From Prevotella sp. (GTDB lineage Bacteria > Bacteroidota > Bacteroidia > Bacteroidales > Bacteroidaceae): DNA of 64,000 nucleotides. Positions 16,505 through 26,966 of the stretch are shown here, piece by piece (the stretch's first letter is position 1; each line of letters begins with the position of its first letter). The position numbers and the translations under genes were made by a program. The notes below the pieces were generated by a model, which searched no databases, had not been told where the DNA came from, and saw only the letters and a list, made by a program, of their open reading frames with translations. The stretch lies in NCBI GenBank assembly GCA_017847725.1, contig JAGAXW010000025.1, forward strand, positions 4,067-68,066, read 5' to 3'.

Positions 16505-17683
16505 TTATTGGAATACCAGGTTCAGGAACTGATAGTCGGTAGTCTTCCTCATGGTGGCGGCCAAAGAGGATGCATGGTTATAGCCACATACCAGGAAACC
16601 GTCAGTCAGGTAAGAGGCAGGCAGCGTCGTGTTGCGCTTGGTGCCAAACACGAGGTTGGCCTCGTCGTCGACATACCATCCCAGTGCGATACGATAGTTG
16701 TTCGTAGCCATCGTTGTGTTGGCCGTCGGGTAGTAGCGGTTGCCCGTGGCTGCCGTATAGGCGCTCAGGATGCAGCGCAGGCGCAGCGTCATGGTGCCCT
16801 CCGTGCGGGTGCCGATGAGGTATCCTGCTGCGATATACCATTCAGAACTGGTACCGCTGGTGTTCGGGTTGAGCTTAAAGGCGATGTCGCCCTCGTCGAC
16901 CAGATTCTTGATGAGATAGGCGTCTGTACCGTCCTCTACAATCTCCACCTGCTTGGTATAGCTCTCGCCATCCTCGTCTTGATAGACAGCTGTATGCTGG
17001 CCGACAAAGGAAGGCAAGGCCTCGCCCCACTGACCAATGTTGATGGTCTTGTCAATCTTGTCGCGGTACTTCAGGTTAATGGTACCCTTGCGGTATACGC
17101 CGGTATTCTTGTCGACCGAGATGGTGTAGCCGTTTTCCGACTTTGCCAGATGAATCCATTCGTCGGAGAGGGTTACGTCATAGTCGATGTTGCTCATGTC
17201 CATAAATTCTGCTCCGTCGATGTCGTTGGCCTCAAAAAGGTAGATATTATCCGCCTCATTGACGATGACGAGTCCGGCTTGGCATACATTGACAATGGCC
17301 TTGTCGCCGCTGGCGCCGGTGATGGTTACCAGGGTGTGGCGTGTCTGTATGCCGTCGTTGGCACCGGCTGTTACGGTGATGATGTTGCCCTCGGTGCTGA
17401 CGCTAAGCCACTCGTCGGCAGCGCTGGCGGTCAGGATCTTGGCGGCCGCAGCCTCGTCGGACTGTACGCCCTTGTAGTCGTAGATGTTCTTGACAGCCGA
17501 TACTTCTTCAACCTTTCCTTCGACAACCAGGAATTGCTTGCTACCACCGGCTACCGGTATGTTCGTCTCGGCCTCGATAATCTGTACCGAGCTGGTCTTC
17601 TCCGTATAATCGTTGTTGCTGCACGAAGCCAACACCAGGCTTCCCAGCGCAATGGCTAAGCAAATGCTATATATCTTTTTCAT
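16505..17683 (-). CDS. BACON-domain lipoprotein
   Basis: Lipobox LASC; W...N...R...Q BACON pattern present twice. Confidence 0.75.
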   Translation of the reverse strand: MKKIYSICLAIALGSLVLASCSNNDYTEKTSSVQIIEAETNIPVAGGSKQFLVVEGKVEEVSAVKNIYDYKGVQSDEAAAAKILTASAADEWLSVSTEGNIITVTAGANDGIQTRHTLVTITGASGDKAIVNVCQAGLVIVNEADNIYLFEANDIDGAEFMDMSNIDYDVTLSDEWIHLAKSENGYTISVDKNTGVYRKGTINLKYRDKIDKTINIGQWGEALPSFVGQHTAVYQDEDGESYTKQVEIVEDGTDAYLIKNLVDEGDIAFKLNPNTSGTSSEWYIAAGYLIGTRTEGTMTLRLRCILSAYTAATGNRYYPTANTTMATNNYRIALGWYVDDEANLVFGTKRNTTLPASYLTDGFLVCGYNHASSLAATMRKTTDYQFLNLVFQ

Positions 17684-17697
17684 ATTGTCTTAACGCA

Positions 17698-19017
17698 TTA
17701 TAATTTTGTTAAACTTGTCAGATATGCCAGACGATAGTCGCCCGATAAGGTGGTCTTCCAGTCCTCCGGCACGTCGCCGTCGTCTTCCGTCCTCCAGTAG
17801 AGGATGAATGAGTTGGTGAGGAAGCCTGCCGACATGGGCTCGAAGGTGTATGCGGGGGCCGCCTGGTTCTGGTTCCATATCAGCTTGATACCGTTCTTCG
17901 AGTTGGTGCTGATGCTGCCGCTGCCTACTGCAGGGTCGATGGCCCATGCGAGAGCATAGACGGGCACGTTCATCTCTTCGTGCGTACCCAGATATTGGGG
18001 TAGAATCTGCATCTGTCCGTAGACGGGGTCGTACTGGATGACCATGTCGACGTCTTCGTCCTTCTCGTTCTTGATGAGTCCCTTCATCTTGAAGGCTTTG
18101 CCGCTCCACGTCTTCTCACCCTCCAGTGTGACGGTGGCCGAGCGTCCGTTTGCCGTCAGGCGGTAGCTGCCTCCTATCTCGTCGAAGAGCTGGAAGGTGG
18201 CGGGCACGTTGCCCTCGAGGGTGGCAGTGCCGTTCTCGGTCACCAGCGTCGACTGGCGGATGTCCGTTGTGTTGGCATTGTAGTTCATGCGGTCGAAGGT
18301 GACACCGTTGACGGTGACGGGCTCGCGGAACTTGATGCCGGCGGTGGTGAAGATGAACTGGGCGGTGGCCAGCTCAGCATCGGCAGCGTCGGTAATCGAC
18401 ACCTGCTTGTCGGCATTCATGTTGAACTTCACCTCGCTGCCGCCGATGTTGGCCTTGTAGAGGTAGATGAAGTTGTCCTTGACCTCGGCAATCTTGTCGA
18501 GATAGTCCTTCCAGACAAGGTCGGAGGCGTTGCGGGTCATAATCATCGCGTTGTGCCACTTCTTACCCTCCAGGTAGATGGTGTCGGGCGTGGTCTTCAT
18601 GATGATGAACTCGTAGTCGCCCTCATAGCCGTCTACTGCGTCCTGATAGGGCTGGGTGAGCTCGTGCAGGAACTCGTTGTAGGTGTTGAAGGTGAGCACG
18701 GGGCCCTGGTCTTTGGTGATGTCCCATGCCGACTGGCTGACGGCGTCGCTGGCGGCAATCTCTGCTGCCACCCGCGCCTTGCCGTCGGAGCCGAACTTAA
18801 CGAGATAGTTGTAGCCGCCATAGGAATATTTGGAACCCAGGTAATACTCCAGCTTCCATCCGTTGTCGGCCGACACCAGCAGTGCCTTGGCCTCGGCTAC
18901 TGCCATGTCGATACGCTCGGCAGCCGACATGTCAAAGGTGTCTTCGTTGTCGTGCAGGCACGACTGCATCGACAGTGCTGCTGCTGCAAACGTCAGATAT
19001 ATAAATAGTTTCTTCAT
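17698..19017 (-). CDS. DUF4302-like lipoprotein
   Basis: Lipobox MQSC, SAAERI, GWKLEYY, GPVLTFNTYN..LH and GDYEF. Confidence 0.8.
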   Translation of the reverse strand: MKKLFIYLTFAAAALSMQSCLHDNEDTFDMSAAERIDMAVAEAKALLVSADNGWKLEYYLGSKYSYGGYNYLVKFGSDGKARVAAEIAASDAVSQSAWDITKDQGPVLTFNTYNEFLHELTQPYQDAVDGYEGDYEFIIMKTTPDTIYLEGKKWHNAMIMTRNASDLVWKDYLDKIAEVKDNFIYLYKANIGGSEVKFNMNADKQVSITDAADAELATAQFIFTTAGIKFREPVTVNGVTFDRMNYNANTTDIRQSTLVTENGTATLEGNVPATFQLFDEIGGSYRLTANGRSATVTLEGEKTWSGKAFKMKGLIKNEKDEDVDMVIQYDPVYGQMQILPQYLGTHEEMNVPVYALAWAIDPAVGSGSISTNSKNGIKLIWNQNQAAPAYTFEPMSAGFLTNSFILYWRTEDDGDVPEDWKTTLSGDYRLAYLTSLTKL

Positions 19018-19031
19018 AATCGTCTGTCAAA

Positions 19032-19916
19032 TTAATTTAAGTGTTCCAAATCCAGTGAGCTCATTTCCTGACCGCGGCGGATGACAGCCTTGTGCAGCTT
19101 GTCAATGTCGACGCCCCATGAATCCATCATGTAGGTGCGGATGTACTCCACCTTCTGCATGATGATGGCACGTCCCTCGGCTCCGGCGTTGATCATCTTG
19201 GCCTCCCACACGTCGTCGGGGTTGGTGATATACTGACAGTAGGTCTCGGCATAGTCCTCGCGAGGCTCGGACATGGCGTAGTTGCGGATGAAGCCCTTGG
19301 GCTGTGCCACCTTCTCCGTGCTCTGCAGATACCAGTCGCCGCTGACGTAGTCGCCCTCGGAAATCAGGTCGAACGACGTGTCGTAGGGCTTCTTCTGGTT
19401 CAGGATGTGCTGGAACTCGTGGTGCATCGTGTTGAAGTAGTAGTCGGTCATCATATTGTAGTCGGACAGGTTCTCATCTGTCAGCCAGTTGACCATGTAG
19501 AGCGTCACCTTGTAGCCGCCCTCGGCCGTACCCAGCACCATGGTGCCCTCGCTGTTGTAGGCGGGCGAGCCTACCAGCGTCAGTATGCGCGGCACGTTGT
19601 TCTTGATGAAGTCGGGGCCGATGACCTCGTTGTAGGCATCAAACCACAGGTGCTTGATGATGATGGCCAGCTTGGCGCACTTGGCCGAGTCGGCAGGCAC
19701 AAGGGTGTATTTCTTGTCGGTCTCGATGTCCTGCATGCGATACTGGAAATCGACGTTGTACGGATAGGTGTAGTTCTTCAGCAGCCACTGCTCAAAGTTG
19801 TCGCGCTGGGGCGAGTCGGTGGGGAATATGGTGTCGCCGCTGGGATTATCCTTCGAACAGGCGGCGAAGCTCAGGGCTACGACTGCCGTCATCAAGAATA
19901 TATATAGCTTGTTCAT
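19032..19916 (-). CDS. SusCD-associated zinc metallopeptidase lipoprotein
   Basis: Lipobox FAAC, LGTAEGG, HHEFQHILNQ (HExxH) and EDYAE. Confidence 0.85.
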   Translation of the reverse strand: MNKLYIFLMTAVVALSFAACSKDNPSGDTIFPTDSPQRDNFEQWLLKNYTYPYNVDFQYRMQDIETDKKYTLVPADSAKCAKLAIIIKHLWFDAYNEVIGPDFIKNNVPRILTLVGSPAYNSEGTMVLGTAEGGYKVTLYMVNWLTDENLSDYNMMTDYYFNTMHHEFQHILNQKKPYDTSFDLISEGDYVSGDWYLQSTEKVAQPKGFIRNYAMSEPREDYAETYCQYITNPDDVWEAKMINAGAEGRAIIMQKVEYIRTYMMDSWGVDIDKLHKAVIRRGQEMSSLDLEHLN

Positions 19917-19949
19917 ATCTCTTACGTGTTATAGGGTTGATGGGGGAAT

Positions 19950-21593
19950 TTATTTGTTGTCCACAGGCCACTCCTGCGTGACGTACTCTTCGGTCTGCGG
20001 GACGTTGAGGGTGCGCGGGTTGGGATCCATGCCGGCGCTCATCACATCCTGGGGCAGCTGGATGGCCTGACGCGGGTCGCGGGCCTCCATCTTGTCGCTG
20101 ACGTTGGTTATCTGGTAGGCCGAGTTCATGGTGCGGCGATAGATGGTGATGCCGTAGCGCTTGACGTCCTGCATGCGGAAGCCCTCGTGCATGGTGAGAA
20201 TGCGGCGCAGGTGCAGCAGGCACTGCAGCACGCACTCCTGGTCGCTGCCGTCGGCACCGATGGTGGTGAACACGGGGTGCAGCTGCTTCTTGGGCGTGGC
20301 GGCCGTGGGCTGATAGTATTCGATGCTGTTATAGAAGTCGGCGATGTTCTCGACGGTCAGCGTGGTGGGGCGCTTGTGGAATACCGATATCTCGGTGTTC
20401 ATGTCCTTGACGGCAGCCTCGAGGTCGCCCTGCAGGGCGTATGCCTCGGCGCGCTCGAGCAGCAGGATGTCGGTGGTGAACACGGCGTATTCTGCGTGGG
20501 CGTAGCCGATGCCGGCCTGCAGGTCGATGTACTCAAACTCGTAGGGAATCTTGCGGAACATGTACTTGGCCAGGGCGTCGTTGTACCACAGGGTGTACTT
20601 GAAACCGTCGGTGTCGCTGCCGCGCGTGGCTCCCCAGGGGCCCGAGCGGGCGATGGACTCGTCGTTGGCGATGCGGTTGCCGTGGGCATAGCGGTCGCCC
20701 AAGTGATAGGGACCGTTGATGGCGCCCCACTGCGAGTTGACGGTCTGCAGCAGCAGGTTGGCACCCTCGTTGGCGGCGACGAAGGCCTCCGGCTGTATCA
20801 TGCCATTGGCGTTCAGAGAGTTATAGTAGTCCCAGTCGCGCAGCTTGGCCTGGGGATAGTCGCCCAGCACCTTGTTGGCATACTCGATGGTCTTGTCGAA
20901 CTTGCAATAGTTGAGGTAGAAGCGGGCAGCGAAGGCGTTGGCAGCATCGGCCGTGAAGTGGAACTTCGGCTTGCTGTACTCGTTGGTGACCAGCGGCAGA
21001 CCGCGCTGCAGGTCGGCGTCAATCTTCTCGTAGAGCTCGGCCAGCGTGCCGCGCTCATAGGTCTCGCCCACCTTGACCTCTGTGGCGGTGGGATAGGGCA
21101 GTCCGAGGTCGGACGATGCATGCTCGGGCGAATAGGCTTGGCAGAACACGGTAGACATCACGAACATGCAGTAGGCGCGGCAGACAAGTGCCTCGCCCAG
21201 CTGGGCTGCGTAGGCAGCCTGCTCGGTCGGCGACTGGCTCTCGATGAACTGGATGCTGGCGTTGCAGGCAGCGATGGCCGAGTAGTAGGAGTTCCAGAGC
21301 GTCTGAGGTGACTCGCTGGCGCCAATCTCCGTGATGTCGTCCCAGTGGAAGGCCTGGCGCTGGAAGCGGTCAGCCTCGTTCCAGCCTGTGTTGATGCACT
21401 CGTCGGCATTGTCGGAATACATCTCCAGCAGGTAGGCGGGATAGGTGGTGGGGTATGCGCTGACCATCAGGTTCTTGATGTCCTCGGGGGTGGAAAGCTC
21501 CATGCGGTTGTCGGGCAGCTTGTCCAGATAGCTGTTGCAGGAGGTCAGTCCCAAGCTGAGCGCAATGATGGATAGTCCTATATATTTCTTCAT
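19950..21593 (-). CDS. SusD/RagB family lipoprotein
   Basis: LTSCNSYLDKLPD, GEALVCRAY and EGFRMQDVKR. Confidence 0.92.
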   Translation of the reverse strand: MKKYIGLSIIALSLGLTSCNSYLDKLPDNRMELSTPEDIKNLMVSAYPTTYPAYLLEMYSDNADECINTGWNEADRFQRQAFHWDDITEIGASESPQTLWNSYYSAIAACNASIQFIESQSPTEQAAYAAQLGEALVCRAYCMFVMSTVFCQAYSPEHASSDLGLPYPTATEVKVGETYERGTLAELYEKIDADLQRGLPLVTNEYSKPKFHFTADAANAFAARFYLNYCKFDKTIEYANKVLGDYPQAKLRDWDYYNSLNANGMIQPEAFVAANEGANLLLQTVNSQWGAINGPYHLGDRYAHGNRIANDESIARSGPWGATRGSDTDGFKYTLWYNDALAKYMFRKIPYEFEYIDLQAGIGYAHAEYAVFTTDILLLERAEAYALQGDLEAAVKDMNTEISVFHKRPTTLTVENIADFYNSIEYYQPTAATPKKQLHPVFTTIGADGSDQECVLQCLLHLRRILTMHEGFRMQDVKRYGITIYRRTMNSAYQITNVSDKMEARDPRQAIQLPQDVMSAGMDPNPRTLNVPQTEEYVTQEWPVDNK

Positions 21594-21629
21594 CTTATTC
21601 TAATTTACTGTTTTCAACATTTCAATTTC

Positions 21630-24600
21630 TTAGAAGCCAACCTTGAGGGTTGCGGTGAACTGCTTGGGCACGGGGGCCGACACACCGCCGGAGCGGAAGA
21701 ACTCGGGGTCCTGGCCGTTCAGCTTCTTGTCGGCGTAGATCAGGAACAGGTTGGTGGCCTGCAGCTTCAGCGAGAGGTTGTTCAGCGGCTTAATCCATGT
21801 CTTGGGGAAGTCGTACTGCAGCGAAATCTCCTTCATGCGGATGAAGTCGCCCTTGGCCACGCGGATGTCAGAGTAGTTGTAGGCGTTGTAGCCATAGCGT
21901 AGCTGGCTGTTCTCGTTGTACTGGCGATAGCTCAGGATGGTGGGAACGTTGGTGTACTGCTCGTCGCCGGGCGTCATCCAGCGGTTCTTGAACTCCTTGG
22001 TCATCGAGGTCAGGTCGCTGTAGCGTGCTGAGAATACGGGGTCGAGGCGGACGACGTTGCCAAACGAGTAGGTGACGAAGACGTTCAGCGTGAAGCCTTT
22101 CCACTTGAACATGTTGCCCAGCGAACCCTGTACGGTCGGGTCGGTCGGGCCCTCGTACTTCAGGAAGCTAATATTGTCGCGCTCCTGGAAGTTGATGTCG
22201 TCGCTGGTTACCTCACCGGCCTCGTTGAGGAAGGTGGGCAGACCGTTCTTGTCGAGGCCCTTGAAGGGGATGGAGAACAGCGAGCGGACGGGATAGCCCT
22301 CTACGCGGCCGCCGAAGTTGGTAATCAGGTCGATGACGCGGTCCTGGCTGGCCAGGTTGGTAATCTTGGTCGACGTATGCGAGTAGACCAGCGAGGTGGT
22401 CCAGCTGAAGTTCTTGTTCTTGATGTTGGTGGTCGAGATGGACAGCTCCTCACCGCTCGACTTCATGTCGGCAGCGTTGGCCCAGCGAATCACCTGGCCT
22501 CCGACACCCTGTGTGGCCACAGGACCGATTTCGTCGAAGTTCTTACGGCTGTAGATGTCGAAGGCGACATTGATGCGGTCGCGCAGGAATCCGACTTCGA
22601 AACCGAAGTTGAACTCGCGCTTCTTCTCATAGGTCAGCTCGTCGTTCTGCAGGTCGGTGAGGTGGATACCCGTCTCCTTGTCGACCGTGAAGATACGGTA
22701 GGGGTTGTAGGCCTTGTAGACATTCGTCGAGCTGGTATAGTTGGTGGGCGGCGGTGTAGCCGTCAGCGAGTAGGATACCTTGAACTTCAGGTGAGACACC
22801 ACCTTGTCGATGTGGCGGAAGAACTTCTCCTGGTCGACGTTCCACGAACCGGCCACGTTCCAGGTGGGCGTCCAGCGGGCCGACGTGCTCTTACCCATGG
22901 CATTGGAGCCCTCGTAGCGGAAGGTGCCGTTGATGATGTAGCGGTTGTTGAAGCCGTAGGTGCCGTTGGCGAAGAAGGCCACCGAGCGCGAGTTGGTGTT
23001 GCTCAGCGTGTAGTAGTCGGTGTTCTCCTCGAGGCTCTTCTTGAAGAACTGGTAGGTATAGTAGGGTATCTCACCCTTGGTGTACTGCATGCCCCAGCCG
23101 TTGAACCACGAGCGTGAGCGCTGTATCTCGGTGGTCTCCATACCGCCGAAGAGGTTCACGTAGTGGATGCGGTTGAAGGTGTGCGTGTAGTTGGCCGTGA
23201 GGCGGAAGTTGTAGTCCAGCATGCGGTTGTCCGTGCGCTTGTACATACCACCCTGCGGCAGCACGGTGATGGGCAGCGCATAGAGCTGGTCCTTGTCCGT
23301 ATAGAGGTACTTGTTGGCGTCGCGAATCTGGGTGTTGCCCATGGCGCGGTAGCTCTCGGCCTGGTTCGAGTCGTCCATTATCTTGTACTCCTGCGAGGTC
23401 GTGGTGTACTTCAGTGCGCCGAGCAGGGCCAGCTCCAGGTCGTTGATGGGCTTGTACTTCAGCTCTGCCTGGAACTTGGCGTCGATGTAGTTCACGTCGA
23501 TGTAGTTAGACTCCAGCTCGTGGTTGATGTTGAACGGAGCGTAGTTGGAGTGATAGTAGGTGTCGGGGTCCAGCGTGCGCGAGGTGTTCAGGGCGTAGCT
23601 GTACGGGTTGATGTCGAAGTCGCGCTTCACGTTGCCCGATACCACGTCGACGTCCTGGCTCAGCGTACCCGGGGCGCGCTGCTTACGATAGGAGCCGCTG
23701 CCGATGAGGTTCAGCGTCAGGTTGTCCAGAATCTTGTGCTGCATGTTCATGTTCAGCGTATAGCGGTTCACCTTCGACTGCTTGTACCAGCCCGGGTCGA
23801 ACATGGCCGAGATAGAGCCGTAGTAGCTCGACTTCTCCGTACCGCCGCTCACGCTGACTGAGTGGTTCTGCTGGATGCCGGCCGAGAAGAGCTCGTCGAA
23901 CCAGTCGGTGTTGCGGAACTCGGCGTTCTGCAGGTACTGGTTGTTGGTCTCCTCGGTGTTGGGCAGGGCAAAGGTGCCTGTCACGGGGTTGTAGGTGTTG
24001 TTCAGCTCGAACATCTTACCATAGACACCGTAGTCGCTACCGTTGAGCACGGAGCTCAGCGACAGCCAGCCCTTGTCTCTCAGTTCGCGGTAGATACCCA
24101 TCTGCTCCTGCGAGTCCAGGATGTTGAAGTTGTCGTAGCTGGGCTTCAGGCGGGTGGTGAACTCACCGGTATAGTTGATGTGGGCCTGTCCGGCCTTACC
24201 TTTCTTGGTGGTGACGACAATCACACCGGCCATTGCGCGCGCGCCATATATAGAGGTGGCGGAGCCGTCCTTCAGAATCTGGAACGACTCGATATCGTCA
24301 GAGTTCAGACCGGCAATGGCACTGGAAATCAGCGTCTCGGGGTCGCCCGACGACAGGGCGTCGGAGTCGATGTCGGTCACGTCCTCCATGATGACACCGT
24401 CGACCACCCACAGGGGCTTCGACGAGCCGTAGATACTGGTGGCACCGCGGACGCGGATCTTCGGAGCCGTACCGAACGTACCGCTGACGTTCTGCACGCT
24501 GACACCGGCCGAGCGGCCTTCCAGCGAGCGGCTGATGTCGGCGACACCGTTGAGGATGGCGTCTTCGGCGTTCACTTTATCCGTGGCACCGGTGAACATA

Positions 24601-24935
24601 CGGCGGTCCATGCGCGTCATACCCGTTACCACGACCTCCTCCAGTGCTGCACTGTTGCGGAGGTATATCTTCATACCGTTCTTCGGGGTCAGCGTCTGGC
24701 TCTCCATGCCAATATAGCTGATGGTAATCTTTTTACCCGACGGCACACTCAGCGTGAAGTGACCGTCTATGTCTGTAACCGTACCCGAGCGCTGGCCCTG
24801 CACAATGACGGATGCGCCAATGACGGGCTCGTTGTCTTCATTGGAGTATACGGTTCCAGTAACTTTTGTCTGGGCCAGAACCATTCCTACGCTAAGGAAC
24901 AAACAGGCCAGCAACATAGTTAGATGTTTTTTCAT
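21630..24935 (-). CDS. SusC/RagA TonB-dependent transporter
   Basis: LEEVVVTG, PLWVVDG, LKDGSATSIYGARAMAGVIVVTTKKG and a C-terminal Phe. Confidence 0.96.
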   Translation of the reverse strand: MKKHLTMLLACLFLSVGMVLAQTKVTGTVYSNEDNEPVIGASVIVQGQRSGTVTDIDGHFTLSVPSGKKITISYIGMESQTLTPKNGMKIYLRNSAALEEVVVTGMTRMDRRMFTGATDKVNAEDAILNGVADISRSLEGRSAGVSVQNVSGTFGTAPKIRVRGATSIYGSSKPLWVVDGVIMEDVTDIDSDALSSGDPETLISSAIAGLNSDDIESFQILKDGSATSIYGARAMAGVIVVTTKKGKAGQAHINYTGEFTTRLKPSYDNFNILDSQEQMGIYRELRDKGWLSLSSVLNGSDYGVYGKMFELNNTYNPVTGTFALPNTEETNNQYLQNAEFRNTDWFDELFSAGIQQNHSVSVSGGTEKSSYYGSISAMFDPGWYKQSKVNRYTLNMNMQHKILDNLTLNLIGSGSYRKQRAPGTLSQDVDVVSGNVKRDFDINPYSYALNTSRTLDPDTYYHSNYAPFNINHELESNYIDVNYIDAKFQAELKYKPINDLELALLGALKYTTTSQEYKIMDDSNQAESYRAMGNTQIRDANKYLYTDKDQLYALPITVLPQGGMYKRTDNRMLDYNFRLTANYTHTFNRIHYVNLFGGMETTEIQRSRSWFNGWGMQYTKGEIPYYTYQFFKKSLEENTDYYTLSNTNSRSVAFFANGTYGFNNRYIINGTFRYEGSNAMGKSTSARWTPTWNVAGSWNVDQEKFFRHIDKVVSHLKFKVSYSLTATPPPTNYTSSTNVYKAYNPYRIFTVDKETGIHLTDLQNDELTYEKKREFNFGFEVGFLRDRINVAFDIYSRKNFDEIGPVATQGVGGQVIRWANAADMKSSGEELSISTTNIKNKNFSWTTSLVYSHTSTKITNLASQDRVIDLITNFGGRVEGYPVRSLFSIPFKGLDKNGLPTFLNEAGEVTSDDINFQERDNISFLKYEGPTDPTVQGSLGNMFKWKGFTLNVFVTYSFGNVVRLDPVFSARYSDLTSMTKEFKNRWMTPGDEQYTNVPTILSYRQYNENSQLRYGYNAYNYSDIRVAKGDFIRMKEISLQYDFPKTWIKPLNNLSLKLQATNLFLIYADKKLNGQDPEFFRSGGVSAPVPKQFTATLKVGF

Positions 24936-25029
24936 AAATACTCTCTTGTTTTTTTTTATAATTAATTCATCGTATTCTTTTCCATATCCCGCCCGGAGGT
25001 GCGTACTCCGAGTTTGGGCAAATTCGGTG

Positions 25030-25061
25030 CAAAGTTAACATATTCATACTTAACAAACAAA
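25030..25061 (-). promoter_or_regulatory. Promoter of susC locus 1
   Basis: Minus strand TTTG-N20-TAACTTTG. Confidence 0.65.
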
Positions 25062-25219
25062 TAAAATTATAAAAAATGTACAATTTTGCACAAAACTTTA
25101 ACCTTTTCGCTCCTTTTACGACGAAAAAGGCATATTTTACTATCTAAAAGTTTCTTTTCGTTAATTTGTATGGTATCCGCCAAACCGTCATGTCGAAAGC
25201 GGCAGTACATTTTATCCGG

Positions 25220-25355
25220 ATGTTTTATAAATTTGCCCTACCGGCACTCCTTCGTCGCTCATCAACTTGATGCGGATAAGACCGCTGACGGGCGTATGGA
25301 CATAGTCATGAAACTGCCCGACGCCGTGTATATCCTGGAGTTCAAATACAACAAG
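25220..25355 (+). pseudogene. Fragment of a PD-(D/E)XK domain of the Bacteroidetes AAA-ATPase/nuclease family
   Basis: TADGRMDIVMKLPDAVYILEFKYNK with no credible start or C-terminus. Confidence 0.6.
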
Positions 25356-25374
25356 TGCTCTCGCGCCGCTGTTG

Positions 25375-25484
25375 CCCGCCCCTCAAGGGGAGGGGTGCCC
25401 GAAGGGCGGGGTGGGGTCTGTTGCTTTTTCAGCTTCATAGAGATACTGACCCCACCCCTGCCCCTCCCCTACAAGGGAGGGGAG
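25375..25484. repeat. GC-rich REP-like palindromic element
   Basis: GGGGTGGGGTC/GACCCCACCCC, GCCC-GAA-GGGC and CCCCTCCC-CTACAA-GGGAGGGG hairpins. Confidence 0.65.
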
Positions 25485-25544
25485 TTAAATGCAGATTGTC
25501 TACAACCGGGGGTGGGACTGATTCGTTTTTCCTGTCTTCTATGT

Positions 25545-25580
25545 AAAAAAAGGCGGAGCAGCCGGTGGGGGCTGCTCCGC
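25545..25580 (-). terminator. Terminator of susC locus 2
   Basis: GCGGAGCAGCC/GGCTGCTCCGC stem preceded by an A run on the + strand. Confidence 0.75.
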
Positions 25581-25602
25581 GATTCTGTTGTTGTAGATTG
25601 GT

Positions 25603-26964
25603 TTACTGCTTTTCCCAGTACATGTAGGAGAATGTTGTATGGGTTTTTCTGCCAGTATAGCCATTGTTCGTGTATATGAGGCGGATAGCATAATATTCAT
25701 TGGCACTGTTAGCTGCTATAATGGCACTGTTGGCCTTAAAGTCAATGGTTGCGCTGCCATCGTCGTTCAGGTTGAACTTGCCTACGGCAGCGTAGGCTGT
25801 GTTGCTGTTGATATATGCACTTCCACTTCTGCTGTACATCACCAGTGCCATCAGGTCGTAGGTGACGCCACCAGTGGTGTACGAGCCCTGCATGGGAGTA
25901 CAGTTCACGATTTCGATGGTCTGGTCTGTCGTATTGACATTGATAGGTAGGACGGCACCTATCGTGGCAAAGTCGCCGTCGGTGAATCTCATTTGATAGC
26001 CACCATTGCCGTCGCTCTCCAGCGTACCTGTGGTAAAGCTGCCGCCATTGGATCCATAGATAATCTTATAGTTTCCCAAGATGTCCATAAAATCATACTG
26101 CGTGATGGTTATCTCCTTTGTCAGTGTGCCTGCATAGGTAATGGTAGCAGTGGTGCGGCGGGGTTTTCCCGATGTGTTGGCCTGCAGGACGACGCGTAGG
26201 TTACCATTGGCGATAGAGAAGGTTGCCCAGCTGACCGTGGAGGCTGCCACGCTATAGTTGATACCGTCGACGGTCTCAATCGTGATGTTCTTGGTCAAGG
26301 CGCTGTTGTCGCTGGTGAAGTCCTTGCCTTCGTTGACGATGAAGTAGAGGCCGCCCTGCTCGATGCTGATGGCGGTGGTTGCCTCGCCGTCGCTGAGGGT
26401 GAGCTCAGTGGAGCGGGCGTTCTCCTCGGCGTTCACCTCGAAGTCGATGTGGAGTTTGTTGCCGTCGACGATGGTGAAGTTGGCCCAGTCGACATCGCCG
26501 CTGACGATGGACAGGTTGCCGCCTCCGGTATAGTTGATGTCGAGGTCGGTGCTCTGTGGCGATGCATTGACGGTGAGGTTGTCGCCGTTGTTGATGCAGA
26601 TGACGGTGCCGAACTGCTGTACGGTGACGTCCTTGTAGTCATTGCCGGCATAGATACGCAGGCGGGCTACGCGTGTCTGCAGGTCGGGGTTGGCCGTGAC
26701 GCTGACGTTGACGGTGTTGCCGTTGAGGGTGGCTGTACACCAGGCGGCATTGGTCTCCACGGCGGTCAGGGGGTTGGTGGAGATGCATGTCACTGCGCCT
26801 TGTCCGGCCGTGCACTGGAAGTCCAGACTGGCCTTCTCTATCGTGATGACGTTGGCTGCCGGTTTGCCGACCAGGTTCTCCGGCCCGTAGACGGATGTGT
26901 CGTCGCCGCAGGACGTGAAGGCTATCACGCCAGCCATCAATATCATACTAAATATCTTCTTCAT
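25603..26964 (-). CDS. BACON-domain lipoprotein
   Basis: Lipobox FTSC; three W...N...R...Q repeats. Confidence 0.78.
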   Translation of the reverse strand: MKKIFSMILMAGVIAFTSCGDDTSVYGPENLVGKPAANVITIEKASLDFQCTAGQGAVTCISTNPLTAVETNAAWCTATLNGNTVNVSVTANPDLQTRVARLRIYAGNDYKDVTVQQFGTVICINNGDNLTVNASPQSTDLDINYTGGGNLSIVSGDVDWANFTIVDGNKLHIDFEVNAEENARSTELTLSDGEATTAISIEQGGLYFIVNEGKDFTSDNSALTKNITIETVDGINYSVAASTVSWATFSIANGNLRVVLQANTSGKPRRTTATITYAGTLTKEITITQYDFMDILGNYKIIYGSNGGSFTTGTLESDGNGGYQMRFTDGDFATIGAVLPINVNTTDQTIEIVNCTPMQGSYTTGGVTYDLMALVMYSRSGSAYINSNTAYAAVGKFNLNDDGSATIDFKANSAIIAANSANEYYAIRLIYTNNGYTGRKTHTTFSYMYWEKQ

Positions 26965-26966
26965 AG

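Noticed and set aside
25086-25679. 197-aa ORF as an intact gene
   Set aside because: It is a chimera of promoter DNA, a nuclease fragment, a REP-like element and a terminator.
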